Assembly (NCBI GenBank): GCA_963841735.1
Contig: CAWJDT010000001.1
Location: 992,001 to 1,056,000, forward strand
Source: an uncultured Actinomycetes bacterium
Lineage (GTDB): Bacteria > Actinomycetota > Thermoleophilia > RBG-16-64-13
Reading direction: 5' to 3'
Length of the DNA stretch: 64,000 nucleotides
Below, piece by piece: positions 28,976-38,469 of this stretch; the first letter of the stretch is position 1; each line of letters opens with the position of its first letter. Under the pieces are notes generated by a model. It was given only the letters and a program-made list of their open reading frames with translations, did no database searches and was not told where the DNA came from. The position numbers were made by a program, and so were the translations under genes.

Positions 28976-30646
28976 ATGACGAGGACGACCGGCAAGCGGG
29001 CCTTGATCGAACTGTTGCGCCACGAAGGCGTCGAGTATGTGTTCGGCATACCGGGGGCGACCGAGATTCACTTCATGGACGCCCTTGAGGAGGCTGACGA
29101 CATCAGCTACATCCTCGGGCTCCACGAAGTGGTGTGTGCCGGCATGGCCGAGGGCTACGCACGAGTCACGGGTAAGCCCGGTCTTCTCAACCTGCACACG
29201 GCCCCCGGATTGGCCGCTGCCACGCCCATGCTCTACAACGCCAAGCTGGGCGGAGTCCCACTGGTGGTGACCGTGGGCCAGAACGACACCAGGCTGCTCC
29301 AGTACGACCCGCAGTTGAGCGGCGACATCCTGGGCATGGCGAGGCCTCACGTCAAATGGTGCGCCGAGCCGGCGCATGCGGAGGATCTACCGGTGCTCGT
29401 CCGGCGGGCGTTCAAGATGGCTCTGCAACCTCCCATGGGCCCGGTGTTGGTCTCGCTCCCCCAGGACGTCTTGCAGCAGTCGTTCGTGTCGGAGCCCGCG
29501 GCCGCCCCTCGTGTCTACTCCCGGCTGCGAGCCGACTCGGCCGGCTTGGCCCGGGCCGTCGGTATCCTTGCCGGCGCTGAGCGGCCCGTCCTCTTAGTGG
29601 AGAGCGGGGTGGCCCGCTGCGATGCTCTGGCCGAGGTGGTGAGGCTCGCTGAACTCACCGGCGCCCGCGTTTACCAAGCCTGGATGGCCGACGTGAACTT
29701 CCCCGTGGACCATCCCCAATATCTTGGCGATCTCGACCCCACGGAACCCGGCGCGGCGGAAGTGCTCAAGGACGTCGACGTGCTGATGGGCGTGGGCTGT
29801 CCCCTATTCGCTCAGGCTTTCTACAACCCCGACAAGCTTTCCCTGGCCGGTACCACCGTCGTCCAGATAGACGAAGACCCTTGGGAAATAGGCAAGAACC
29901 TGGCGGTGGATTGTGGGCTCCAAGGCGACATCAAAGCGGTCCTAGCCGAGTTGTGCGCGGCTCTGGAGGCTGAGTTGGCCGCCGAGCCGGAAGAGGCGCG
30001 CGATAGGGTGCACCGCAGGCTGGGACATATCGCCCGGCAGAAAGCGGACGCCGACGCGAAGCTACGGGCCAAGTGGGTCGAGGAGCAGGACGCGGTCCCC
30101 ATAGCGGCCTCGCGCTTGATGACCGAGATCCGCGAAGCGGTCACGCCCGACACGGTGGTGATCGACGACTGCTGGTCGTCTTCGGGAACGCTCAGGCACA
30201 TCCTGGCTCCCTCTCGTCCGCGGAGCTACTTCCGCTCACGGCGGGGGGGCAGCATCGGCTGGGGTCTACCCGGCGCCCTGGGCGCGAAGCTGGGCTCGCC
30301 CGACAGTCGGGTGATCGCCGTGGTGGGCGACGGGAGCGCGGCTTGGTCGATGCAGAGTCTGTGGACGGCCGCCCGCTACCGTATCCCGGTGACCTGCGTT
30401 GTCATAAACAACGCTACGTATGGTCAGGTCAAGATAGTCCGGAAGATCGTGCTGGGAGACTATCCACTGCGCGAGAAGCACGAGGGCATGGAGCTGGACC
30501 GCCCGGTGATGGATTTCAGTCTGCTGGCGAAGTCACTCGGTGTGGAGGGCGAACGGGTGACCACGCCCGATCAGATAGGCCCGGCGCTCCGGCGTGCCGT
30601 TGATTCCGGCGAGCCCCGCTTGGTGGAGGTCATAGTGGGCTGGTGA
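28976..30646 (+). CDS. Thiamine-diphosphate enzyme, benzoylformate decarboxylase-like
   Basis: VFGIPGATE, GLHE, NLHTAPG, GSIGWG and GDGSA..NNATY motifs. Confidence 0.85.
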   Translation: MTRTTGKRALIELLRHEGVEYVFGIPGATEIHFMDALEEADDISYILGLHEVVCAGMAEGYARVTGKPGLLNLHTAPGLAAATPMLYNAKLGGVPLVVTVGQNDTRLLQYDPQLSGDILGMARPHVKWCAEPAHAEDLPVLVRRAFKMALQPPMGPVLVSLPQDVLQQSFVSEPAAAPRVYSRLRADSAGLARAVGILAGAERPVLLVESGVARCDALAEVVRLAELTGARVYQAWMADVNFPVDHPQYLGDLDPTEPGAAEVLKDVDVLMGVGCPLFAQAFYNPDKLSLAGTTVVQIDEDPWEIGKNLAVDCGLQGDIKAVLAELCAALEAELAAEPEEARDRVHRRLGHIARQKADADAKLRAKWVEEQDAVPIAASRLMTEIREAVTPDTVVIDDCWSSSGTLRHILAPSRPRSYFRSRRGGSIGWGLPGALGAKLGSPDSRVIAVVGDGSAAWSMQSLWTAARYRIPVTCVVINNATYGQVKIVRKIVLGDYPLREKHEGMELDRPVMDFSLLAKSLGVEGERVTTPDQIGPALRRAVDSGEPRLVEVIVGW

Positions 30647-30698
30647 GGCCCCGTCGGTGTCTTCCGTCGGTGCTCCCATTCGCCCGCCCGGGGTCTCG

Positions 30699-31082
30699 TC
30701 ATAGGTTGACGACTTTGGCCGCTCGGAGCATCGTCTCCGAGATGGCATGCATGTTCGACACCTCTCCCACAGCGACCTGGTCCTTGAGTTCGAAGTGGCC
30801 CAGACAGGTGCCGCAGAGGAGCATCCGCACGCCCTGAGCCGCGAGCGCCTGTAGATCGTCCACAGCCGGTGATCCTTCTACGGTCAGTCTTACCCCGCTG
30901 TTCAGAAAGAGGATCACGTCCGGGCGTGGGGTGACCTCGCGCAGGACGTGCAGATGGCTTCTTAGGAGCAATCGGCCCAGGTCGTCGTCGCCCCGGCCCA
31001 TCGTGTCGCTCGAAATGGCGAGGACCAACGCTTCAGCTTCTTCGGCCCGCGGCACTTCAATGCTCGGTCGTGCCATTTCCAT
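30699..31082 (-). CDS. YedF-type selenium/sulfur metabolism protein, DsrE-like domain only
   Basis: MGRGDDDLGRLL, FLNSGV, CGTCL and VGEVSNM match the C-terminal domain of YedF. There is no TusA/SirA N-domain. Confidence 0.8.
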   Translation of the reverse strand: MEMARPSIEVPRAEEAEALVLAISSDTMGRGDDDLGRLLLRSHLHVLREVTPRPDVILFLNSGVRLTVEGSPAVDDLQALAAQGVRMLLCGTCLGHFELKDQVAVGEVSNMHAISETMLRAAKVVNL

Positions 31083-31116
31083 ATGTGGACTCCTCTCGTG
31101 CCGGTTGCGGTGCTGG

Positions 31117-31407
31117 TTACATGTCTACGTTGTGGATGGTGGACGGCTGCACTCCGGCCGCCTCGAGCGCGGCGAGGGCGCGTTCTCGATCGGCGGAGCC
31201 CACTCGCAGGCAGACTCCGCACTCTTGGCTCACCGATCGGGGAATGGGAATGAGGGCGGACTCGAGGCCCGCCTGTTTGAGCGCGGCCTCACCTTTGAGG
31301 GCTTTCGAAGCGTTGACAACCATGATGAGGCTGTGTGTGGGCGGGGCGGCGGGCGGCGTGCCGCCCGCCGCCCCGCCCCGTCCGCCGTCTCCCGCGGGTC
31401 CGTTCAT
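31117..31407 (-). CDS. DUF3343 domain protein (putative S/Se carrier)
   Basis: ALKGE..LIPIPRSVSQECGVCLR signature. ATGA overlap with the upstream gene. Confidence 0.8.
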   Translation of the reverse strand: MNGPAGDGGRGGAAGGTPPAAPPTHSLIMVVNASKALKGEAALKQAGLESALIPIPRSVSQECGVCLRVGSADRERALAALEAAGVQPSTIHNVDM

Positions 31408-32687
31408 CCGATCATCTCCAAGAAGGCCTCTACCCGGGTGGTGAGCTGGCCCACGTCACCCGTGGAGTAGTCGGTGTCGATGCGCAATGTCGGGATGCCG
31501 GCAGCCTGGATGGCCTTGGTCATCGAGGTGGCCTCGATCTGGTAGGGGGCGCAGAACTGGAGGCTGTACTGCACTATGCCGTCCACCTTGTACTCGCGGG
31601 CCATGCGGATCACATCTTCGGCACGGGCAGTGTTGGGTGTGAAGCAGGCGCAGTTGATGTCCAGGTACCTCTCGGCGAGGGCTTCCATCATGCCTTCTAG
31701 GTCGGTGGGGGTCTCGTCCACCAGCTTTGCGTAGTAGCGCGAGCCTGTGCACATCTCTTCAGCTACCACGACGGCCCCTGCCTTTTCGATGACGTCGTAG
31801 GTCTTCCAGTTGGGTATGGACATGGGGGCGCCGGTCACCAAGATGCGCGGCGCGCCTGGCGCGGCCACTCCCTGGCCCGCCGCTACCCTGGCTTCGAGCT
31901 CCTCGGCGGTCTTGTTGACCATGGCCGTGAAGCGAGGCACGTCGTCATAGAATGCCACCTGCACCGCCAGGAGCGCATCCTTTCCGGAGATGGGCGACGG
32001 GGACGCTTTGCGTGCAGCATTTAGGCGCTGCAGAGCCCGGCGCTTGTCGTCGACCTCCTTGGTGGCGGCGGCCAAGTTCTCTGCAGTGAGCCTACGCCCG
32101 CTTACTTCTTCCAGTTTGGCGACCAGCCGCTCGATCTCGCTCCGCCAAAGAACCCGGTCTTGGGGTCTCTTCATCTGCGGCAGCTCCATCACGTGCACCG
32201 GGGCGATCTCGCCCAGCAGCTCATAGGCCTTCTTCTTGCCGTCGCACGTGGTCTCTCCCACAACTAGGTCGGACGCTTCGGCGTAGGGGCACACCTTGCC
32301 CAGCTTGAAGCCCATGAACGACTTGACCAGCGCGCAGGTGTTCTGAGGCAGGATGCGCTCCACCTCTCCATAGGCCCACTCCGCTCCCGCACAGAGTCCC
32401 ACGCACTGGCCGCCGAGCGCGCGGATGAGTTCTTCGGGCACGTAGAGGCAGAACGTCCCGATGACGGTGCCGCCGGCCGCCTTGTGGTCCACCAGCTCCT
32501 TGATCCGTAGGCCGTGGATCTCGCTCATTACGAAATCGAAGTAGCCCATGCCTTCAGGGCGGCTGGTCTGGGCCATGAAGGCATCGTTATATAGGATGGG
32601 TATCGCGGCGAGCAGGGCGTCATGCGCGGGCAGGTCGAGTCCCAGGGACTCCCACATGGGGCGGTAGTCGGTAGCAGGCTGATTCAC
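31404..32687 (-). CDS. Double-cubane-cluster anaerobic reductase (2-hydroxyacyl-CoA dehydratase HgdAB family)
   Basis: GTFCLYVPEE, GLCAG, NTCALVKS, CPY, ETTCDGKKK, EEMCTG, INCACFTPN, QFC and TDYS..GQLTTRVEAF motifs. GTG start follows AAGGAG. Confidence 0.82.
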   Translation of the reverse strand: MNQPATDYRPMWESLGLDLPAHDALLAAIPILYNDAFMAQTSRPEGMGYFDFVMSEIHGLRIKELVDHKAAGGTVIGTFCLYVPEELIRALGGQCVGLCAGAEWAYGEVERILPQNTCALVKSFMGFKLGKVCPYAEASDLVVGETTCDGKKKAYELLGEIAPVHVMELPQMKRPQDRVLWRSEIERLVAKLEEVSGRRLTAENLAAATKEVDDKRRALQRLNAARKASPSPISGKDALLAVQVAFYDDVPRFTAMVNKTAEELEARVAAGQGVAAPGAPRILVTGAPMSIPNWKTYDVIEKAGAVVVAEEMCTGSRYYAKLVDETPTDLEGMMEALAERYLDINCACFTPNTARAEDVIRMAREYKVDGIVQYSLQFCAPYQIEATSMTKAIQAAGIPTLRIDTDYSTGDVGQLTTRVEAFLEMIG

Positions 32688-32904
32688 GGTCTCTCCTTCT
32701 GGTCGGTCGGCTGCCGGCGGACATTTCACCCTGCCGGGCCTCGAGGGAGAAGAAGGCGCAGTACCTATCCACTCACCGGGAAGGCCGCGGCATGGTCGCC
32801 GGCGACATGCCTGATGTGACATCGATGCTCAACGGTCAAAGGCTTCGTGCAGCCCGTGCACGCGGGAGCCTTCGGTCAGGTCTTGGTCTTGGCGATCATG
32901 CTGC

Positions 32905-33507
32905 TCACCTCCCTTCGGTCGGGAAGCAGGAGTCCACCAGTTTGCGCACCTCGGTCAGCCAGGTCGCGCGCTGCTGCGGCGTGCTAGTCACCACCACCGT
33001 GAAGGTCAGCCGGCGCACATCATCCACTCCGCATAGCCCAAACACACATCGTTTCCAAATGGACTCAAGCGGATCCCCCAAAGCCGTGGCCTCTCGCTCT
33101 GCGGAAGTGTTGGCGGTGTTGAGCACGATGGCGGTCTTCGCTACGAGCAGGCCTACCGGCACGCCCTCGCCGCCGTCGCCCTCGAGGAAGTTGTAGGCCA
33201 CGCCCGGTCGCAGTACGCGGTCCACCCAGCCTGTGAGAATGGCGGGGGGTTGGCCCCACCAGTTGGGGTGCACGATGACGATGCCGTCGGCCGCGGCGAT
33301 CTCCCGACAGTGTTGAGCAATCTGCGGCGGCAGTTCGGCGCTGGCCGAGATCTCCCCGCTCGGCAGAAGGGGACCAAAGCCCTCCCCATACAGGTCGTGG
33401 AAGGTCACTTGGTGGCTGTTCACTCGTAGCTGGTCCGCGGCCGCCTCGGCAATCGCGTGGTTGAGGCTCCCCGGGGCAGGGTGAGCGAGGATGACCGAGA
33501 TCTTCAT
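32905..33507 (-). CDS. NAD(P)H-dependent oxidoreductase (flavodoxin-like fold, MdaB/KefF family)
   Basis: AHP..SLNHA, DLY and HPNWWGQPPAILTGWVDRV motifs. Confidence 0.88.
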   Translation of the reverse strand: MKISVILAHPAPGSLNHAIAEAAADQLRVNSHQVTFHDLYGEGFGPLLPSGEISASAELPPQIAQHCREIAAADGIVIVHPNWWGQPPAILTGWVDRVLRPGVAYNFLEGDGGEGVPVGLLVAKTAIVLNTANTSAEREATALGDPLESIWKRCVFGLCGVDDVRRLTFTVVVTSTPQQRATWLTEVRKLVDSCFPTEGR

Positions 33508-33640
33508 GACACCAAGCATGCCACATTCCTGTACAGAGCGCGGAGTGTTGAAGCAGAGGCGCACGGAGTCGACACGACTGCGCCTATGCTTCTATGATGG
33601 ATGCAGAGGTCCGCGGGACCGGAATCCGAGGAGGGGCGCA

Positions 33641-34195
33641 GTGGGTGAAGCAGTAGTTCAGATAGTGGTGGGACTCATAGAGGTGCTCTTCGGCAGGCGG
33701 CTCTTCTGGGTGTTCGTGGCCGCTGGGGGCTTCTTGTTTGGCTGGTTTGTGGTGCCCGCCATCTACGCGGACATGCCGACGTGGGCCCGCGTGGTGATCG
33801 GAGTGGGGCTGGGTCTCGTTCTCGCGGGGTTGGCCAAGCTCTTCACCAGGGCGATAGTGGCGTTGGGGGGCTTCTTGATCGTGGGACCCGCGGCGGTGAT
33901 CGCCGTTGACCGGCTAGGTTGGTCGGTGGTGCAGGGGAGCAGGGGCTACTGGATCATTTTCGCCATCGGTGGGGTGATCGGGGCGGCGCTCCTTGGCATG
34001 TTCTTCAACTGGGCGCTGATAGTGCTGAGCGCCCTTTTTGGGGCGGGAGCTACGGTGGCCGGCATTGAGTACTTTACGGACACGCTGCCCAAGTGGGCAG
34101 AGATCGTCGGGGGCGTAGTGCTTCTGGTCATCGGCTTGATGGTCCAGTCCAGGAGCTTACTCAAGCACAAGAGCAAGCTCATCGGCCTGCACTGA
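33641..34195 (+). CDS. DUF4203/TM7S3-like membrane protein
   Basis: FGRRLFW..GFLFG, six hydrophobic segments and SALFGA. Confidence 0.7.
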   Translation: MGEAVVQIVVGLIEVLFGRRLFWVFVAAGGFLFGWFVVPAIYADMPTWARVVIGVGLGLVLAGLAKLFTRAIVALGGFLIVGPAAVIAVDRLGWSVVQGSRGYWIIFAIGGVIGAALLGMFFNWALIVLSALFGAGATVAGIEYFTDTLPKWAEIVGGVVLLVIGLMVQSRSLLKHKSKLIGLH

Positions 34196-34354
34196 TCCGC
34201 GAGCCGGCACCCAGGGCCAGCGCCCTGTCGACGGGCCGCTGGCCCGCGGCGCACCGATCGGCGGGTGACTGCTTAGCCCGGAGATGGGGAACCATGCATT
34301 TGGCCGCACTGTCGGAAGCCTGCATAAACACCGAGATCCGTCGGGAGGGGCAAC

Positions 34355-35842
34355 GTGCCCAGTAATGACTCGTACGTTCGTCGCTTCGCCCGCGCCATCT
34401 CCTCGGCGGTCATTCCCGGCACGGGCCAGTTGGTCGGCGGCGCGCGCAGGCGAGGCTTCGTCATGCTGGCGGTGGTGCTGGCCTTGGCGATCTGTGCGGG
34501 GGTGTTTGCTCTGCAGGGAGTGGACCAGATCGTTGTGTGGACGCTTGAGCCCTCGGTGCTGCTGGCTCTACTCGCGGTGGATGCCGTCGTGCTTGCCTTC
34601 CGGATTTACGCTGTGGTCGATGCTTTCCGGGAGCGCCCCGCCCACCGGCAGGCTGATGCTGGCCGTTCGCCGGCTCTGCGGGCCTTCTTCGCGGGCGCTG
34701 GTCTGGGGCTCCTCCTGCTATTTACCGTCGCGCCCCACGCCGTGGGCGGCTATTACGCCTACGTGGATTACGACCTCCTGACCACCGTATTCGTGAGCAA
34801 CAGCGACTCCCAAGCCACGACCACGTCGCTTCCTCTTACCACCACCAGCTCGTCGGCCGCCGGCACCTCGACTTCGTCCGGTTCGACCACGAGCATCGCG
34901 GCGACCACTACGACCACCAGCGCCCCCGTCGACGCCGGCGATGACGAGCGCCTGACCATCATGTTCATCGGCACCGACGCCGGATACGGGCGCAGCGGGG
35001 CGCGGGCCGACGTCATCATGGTGGCCAGCTTCGACCTCAACACAGGCCGCGTGGCCCTGTTCGGCATTCCCCGCAACACAGGCAGCATAGAGCTGAGCGA
35101 GCCTGCCGCGCAGGCGCTTGGCATGGACGTCTATCTCAATCTCATCAGCTCGCTCTACTTCGATGCGAACCAGCACCCCGAACTGGATGTCACAGGAGGT
35201 GACGCCGGGGCCATCGTGTTGCGCGACGCCATCGGCAAGATCCTCGGTATCCCAGTGGACCACTACGCTGTGGTCAACATGGGTGGGCTCGTGGATCTCA
35301 TTGAGGCTTTCGACGGGGTCACGGTCAACGTGGAAGAAAGACTGTGGGTGCGGTTGTCGCCCCCGACGGGCGAATACGAGTGGCAGGTGTATGACATTCA
35401 GCCAGGCGTTCAGCATCTCAACGGCTTGGAGGCTCTGGCCTTTGCCCGTTCGCGCACTGGGAGCGACGACTACGTGCGCATGGGCAGGCAACGCTGTGTC
35501 ATCGCGGCCTTGCTCGACCAGAACGGCATGGGCGAGATAGCCTGGAAATTCCCGACGATCGCTCAGGTGATCAAGGACAGTGTCAAGACCGACATCCCCA
35601 TCGACGCGCTCCAGAGCCTGGTCGCGATCCGGTCGAAGCTCAAGACCGACGAGATGATCACGGTGGGATTCACCCCGCCCCACTACATCACGGGCCGCAA
35701 CTCCATGGGCTACAACATCCTCGATCTCGAACTGGTGCAGTCGATGGTCAAACAGATCATCGAGGACCCCGAGGGAGTGCTGGCCACCATGGAGCCCGAC
35801 TCCAGCCTGGACACCACCGACTGTTGGAAGATCCCCGACTAG
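34355..35842 (+). CDS. LCP (LytR-CpsA-Psr) family protein
   Basis: IGTD, RADVIMV, GIPRN, ALAFARSR and DYVRMGRQR motifs; N-terminal TMs and a Thr/Ser stalk. Confidence 0.92.
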   Translation: MPSNDSYVRRFARAISSAVIPGTGQLVGGARRRGFVMLAVVLALAICAGVFALQGVDQIVVWTLEPSVLLALLAVDAVVLAFRIYAVVDAFRERPAHRQADAGRSPALRAFFAGAGLGLLLLFTVAPHAVGGYYAYVDYDLLTTVFVSNSDSQATTTSLPLTTTSSSAAGTSTSSGSTTSIAATTTTTSAPVDAGDDERLTIMFIGTDAGYGRSGARADVIMVASFDLNTGRVALFGIPRNTGSIELSEPAAQALGMDVYLNLISSLYFDANQHPELDVTGGDAGAIVLRDAIGKILGIPVDHYAVVNMGGLVDLIEAFDGVTVNVEERLWVRLSPPTGEYEWQVYDIQPGVQHLNGLEALAFARSRTGSDDYVRMGRQRCVIAALLDQNGMGEIAWKFPTIAQVIKDSVKTDIPIDALQSLVAIRSKLKTDEMITVGFTPPHYITGRNSMGYNILDLELVQSMVKQIIEDPEGVLATMEPDSSLDTTDCWKIPD

Positions 35843-36076
35843 TCTGACCCGCCGCCGCCGCCGCCGCGGTTGCTGCGCTGCTCGTCGTCGACTCAGCACT
35901 TGTGCTGGCGGTTGCGCCTGTGAGAAAGTCATATCGCGTTCTTTCCAAGACGCGTCGTTGCCTGCGAATGCCATTGGTCAGACCTGCGGCGTCCTGGGAC
36001 CGCGCATCACTGAGATGAAGAAGTAGACTTGCGCCGGGGCGACAGATTCTAGCGACAGATTCCAGGGAGAGCACCT

Positions 36077-37210
36077 ATGAGCACACAGGATGATCCAAAA
36101 CCCGCGGGTTCCGACAAGCAGGCCCATTTTCAGGACGAGAAGTATCGCCCAGAAGTGCACCCGGACGGGAGGGTCACATTTCGGCTTGTAGCGCCTCTGG
36201 CGCAGAAAGTGCAGATCGAGCCGATCAATGGCATGCCCTCAGACAACGGCTACAACGGTCTGGGCAGAGCTGCCTTTGACATGAGCAAAGACGAGAACGG
36301 TGCGTGGAGCGTGACGACGCCACCGGCTGTTCCGGGATTGCATGGCTTCTGGACGGTAGTAGATGGCGTCCGTCTCAACGACACCACCTCGAAGACCTGC
36401 GGCAGCGCCAAGATGCAGACCTGCGCAGTCGAGATCCCGGAGGCAGGGGTCGATTTCTACGACATCAAGGACGTGCCCCACGGCTGCGTGCGCATGCAGT
36501 GGTACTACTCCAAGGTAGGCAACGCATGGCGCCGGGCCTACATCTATCTGCCGCCGGACTACGACACTAGCCCCGAGAAGCGCTACCCGGTGTTCATCCT
36601 TCGGCACGGCGGCGGCGAAGACGAGACCAGCTGGGTCGAGCAGGGTCGGGCCAATGTCATCATGGACAACCTGATTGCCGAAGGCAAAGCTCTGCCGATG
36701 ATCGTTGTCATGGACTGGGGCCAAGTCCCGTTGCCCGATGCGCCCGTTCACATGCCTTCCACACCGCCTCCGCCGGAAATCGGTGAAGTGACCATCAAAG
36801 AGCTGATTCCCATGGTCGATGCCACCTTCCGCACCATCCCCGAACGCGAGTACCGCGCGATGGCCGGACTCTCCATGGGCAGCGTGCAGACGCTGTATAT
36901 CGGCCTAGCCAACCTGGACAAGTTCGCCTACCTGGGCGTCTTTAGCCGGCGGACCATGTCACCTGAGGAGTTTGGCAATTTCAGCGGGGTGTTCGCCGAT
37001 GCGGAGGCCTTCAACAAGAAGGTCAAGCTCTTCTGGTGGGGCGCGGGCACCGCCGAAGAAGGCATCTACAACTCAACAAAGCGGAACCTCGCCGAATTGG
37101 CCGCGGCCGGCATAAAGACGGTCTTTGCCGAGTTTCCCGGCACGTCTCACGAATGGCAGACCTGGCGCAAATGCCTGTATAGCTTTGCACCCAGGCTCTT
37201 CCAGGACTGA
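36077..37210 (+). CDS. Esterase (CE1/enterochelin-esterase-like alpha/beta hydrolase with N-terminal Ig-like domain)
   Basis: VTFRL, VPHG, YLPPDY, HGGGEDE, GLSMG nucleophile elbow and HEWQTWR. Confidence 0.88.
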   Translation: MSTQDDPKPAGSDKQAHFQDEKYRPEVHPDGRVTFRLVAPLAQKVQIEPINGMPSDNGYNGLGRAAFDMSKDENGAWSVTTPPAVPGLHGFWTVVDGVRLNDTTSKTCGSAKMQTCAVEIPEAGVDFYDIKDVPHGCVRMQWYYSKVGNAWRRAYIYLPPDYDTSPEKRYPVFILRHGGGEDETSWVEQGRANVIMDNLIAEGKALPMIVVMDWGQVPLPDAPVHMPSTPPPPEIGEVTIKELIPMVDATFRTIPEREYRAMAGLSMGSVQTLYIGLANLDKFAYLGVFSRRTMSPEEFGNFSGVFADAEAFNKKVKLFWWGAGTAEEGIYNSTKRNLAELAAAGIKTVFAEFPGTSHEWQTWRKCLYSFAPRLFQD

Positions 37211-37299
37211 CGCCCGGACGGACGTGGCGCGGCTCCGGACCGCATAGGCGAAGGGTGCCGGCAGATGCGCAAAGGCTTAAGTCAACCGGGCGGGGAGTA

Positions 37300-38409
37300 G
37301 TGCACGAAGCCGCACAATCTGAGCGCGTTGAGTACCTTGATGTACTTAGAGCGCTTTCGATGCTGTCGGTGGTCTTTCTGCACAACGCTTCAGGCAATCT
37401 CAGGACCAACACCGGGTCTACCGTGTGGCATCTGTCCAACATCCTCACTTCGTTTATGGGGGCAAGCGTTCCGCTCTTCTTCATGATATCTGGCGCGTTG
37501 TTGCTGGGCAGCCCCAAGACGCTTGACCTTGGCTACACGCTGAAGAAGAGAGTGCCCAGAGTCTTGGTGCCCTTTGTTGTCTGGTCGCTGATATATGTCG
37601 CTTACTACCTGGCCGTGAGCTGGACGAGCGATGGCGCCGCCGATCTATCTGACGCCGTTGTCAGGGTCAAGAACTTTGCGTCCCGGCCTACCGCGGTGCA
37701 CCTGTGGTTCATGTATGCGCTGATCCCCCTGTATTTCTTGTCTCCCCTGATAAAGAGGATGACGGATGCTCTTGACCGCCGGCTGGTTGTCTACCTGGCC
37801 GTCATCTGGGTGTTCTTCTCCTCTTTGTTGCCCACGCTGGCGGTGTTCCTGCCCGGGGCCTACCGTCCCGCGGTCGTGCTTGGCAGCTCGTACAACCTGA
37901 TCTTCCTGGGGGGCTTTGCGGGGTACTTCATCTTCGGCCACTACTTGGCGAAGGCCACCTGGCGAGTTCCCAAGAAGGTGTTGGCCGGGGTGATACTCGC
38001 GGATGCGGCCGTCATCACCCTGGGCACTTGGTGGACGACCTACTCGACAGGCTACTACACAGAAGCGTACAAGGATTACATGGGGGTGTTCGTGCTTGTG
38101 CTGACAGTAGCCGTCTTCCTCTTGTGCAAGGATCTGATGGCCGGTCGCATGTTGGGAAGAAAGGCCGGAGCGGTGCTCCGATTCATGGCGCCGTTGTTGT
38201 TCGGCGTATACCTGATGCACATCCTGGTCATCGAAAGGCTGTCAAGGAGCCTCCGTTGGTGGCCGGCAGAATCGGTGTGGATGGTGTTCGCCAGTTTCAC
38301 CATCGTTCTTGGCATATGCCTGCTGTGCGTATCTGTGATCCGCTTCATCAAGCCGCTCTGCTATGCGCTCACAGGGCAGAGATATGAGGGCCGGGGCAGG
38401 GGGCGATGA
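37300..38409 (+). CDS. Acyltransferase family 3 (WecH-like O-acetyltransferase), copy 1
   Basis: YLDVLR, VVFLH, VPLFFMISG, HLWFMY and FGVYLMH motifs. Confidence 0.9.
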   Translation: MHEAAQSERVEYLDVLRALSMLSVVFLHNASGNLRTNTGSTVWHLSNILTSFMGASVPLFFMISGALLLGSPKTLDLGYTLKKRVPRVLVPFVVWSLIYVAYYLAVSWTSDGAADLSDAVVRVKNFASRPTAVHLWFMYALIPLYFLSPLIKRMTDALDRRLVVYLAVIWVFFSSLLPTLAVFLPGAYRPAVVLGSSYNLIFLGGFAGYFIFGHYLAKATWRVPKKVLAGVILADAAVITLGTWWTTYSTGYYTEAYKDYMGVFVLVLTVAVFLLCKDLMAGRMLGRKAGAVLRFMAPLLFGVYLMHILVIERLSRSLRWWPAESVWMVFASFTIVLGICLLCVSVIRFIKPLCYALTGQRYEGRGRGR

Positions 38410-38469
38410 GGCAAATCCGGCACGCGTGCGGGGACCTTGGACAAGAAGGTGAGACTCTTCTGCCGGGGC

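Noticed and set aside
35990-36070. TPP riboswitch suggested by CTGAGA
   Set aside because: The downstream ACCTGA..TAATGC..GCG core is absent.
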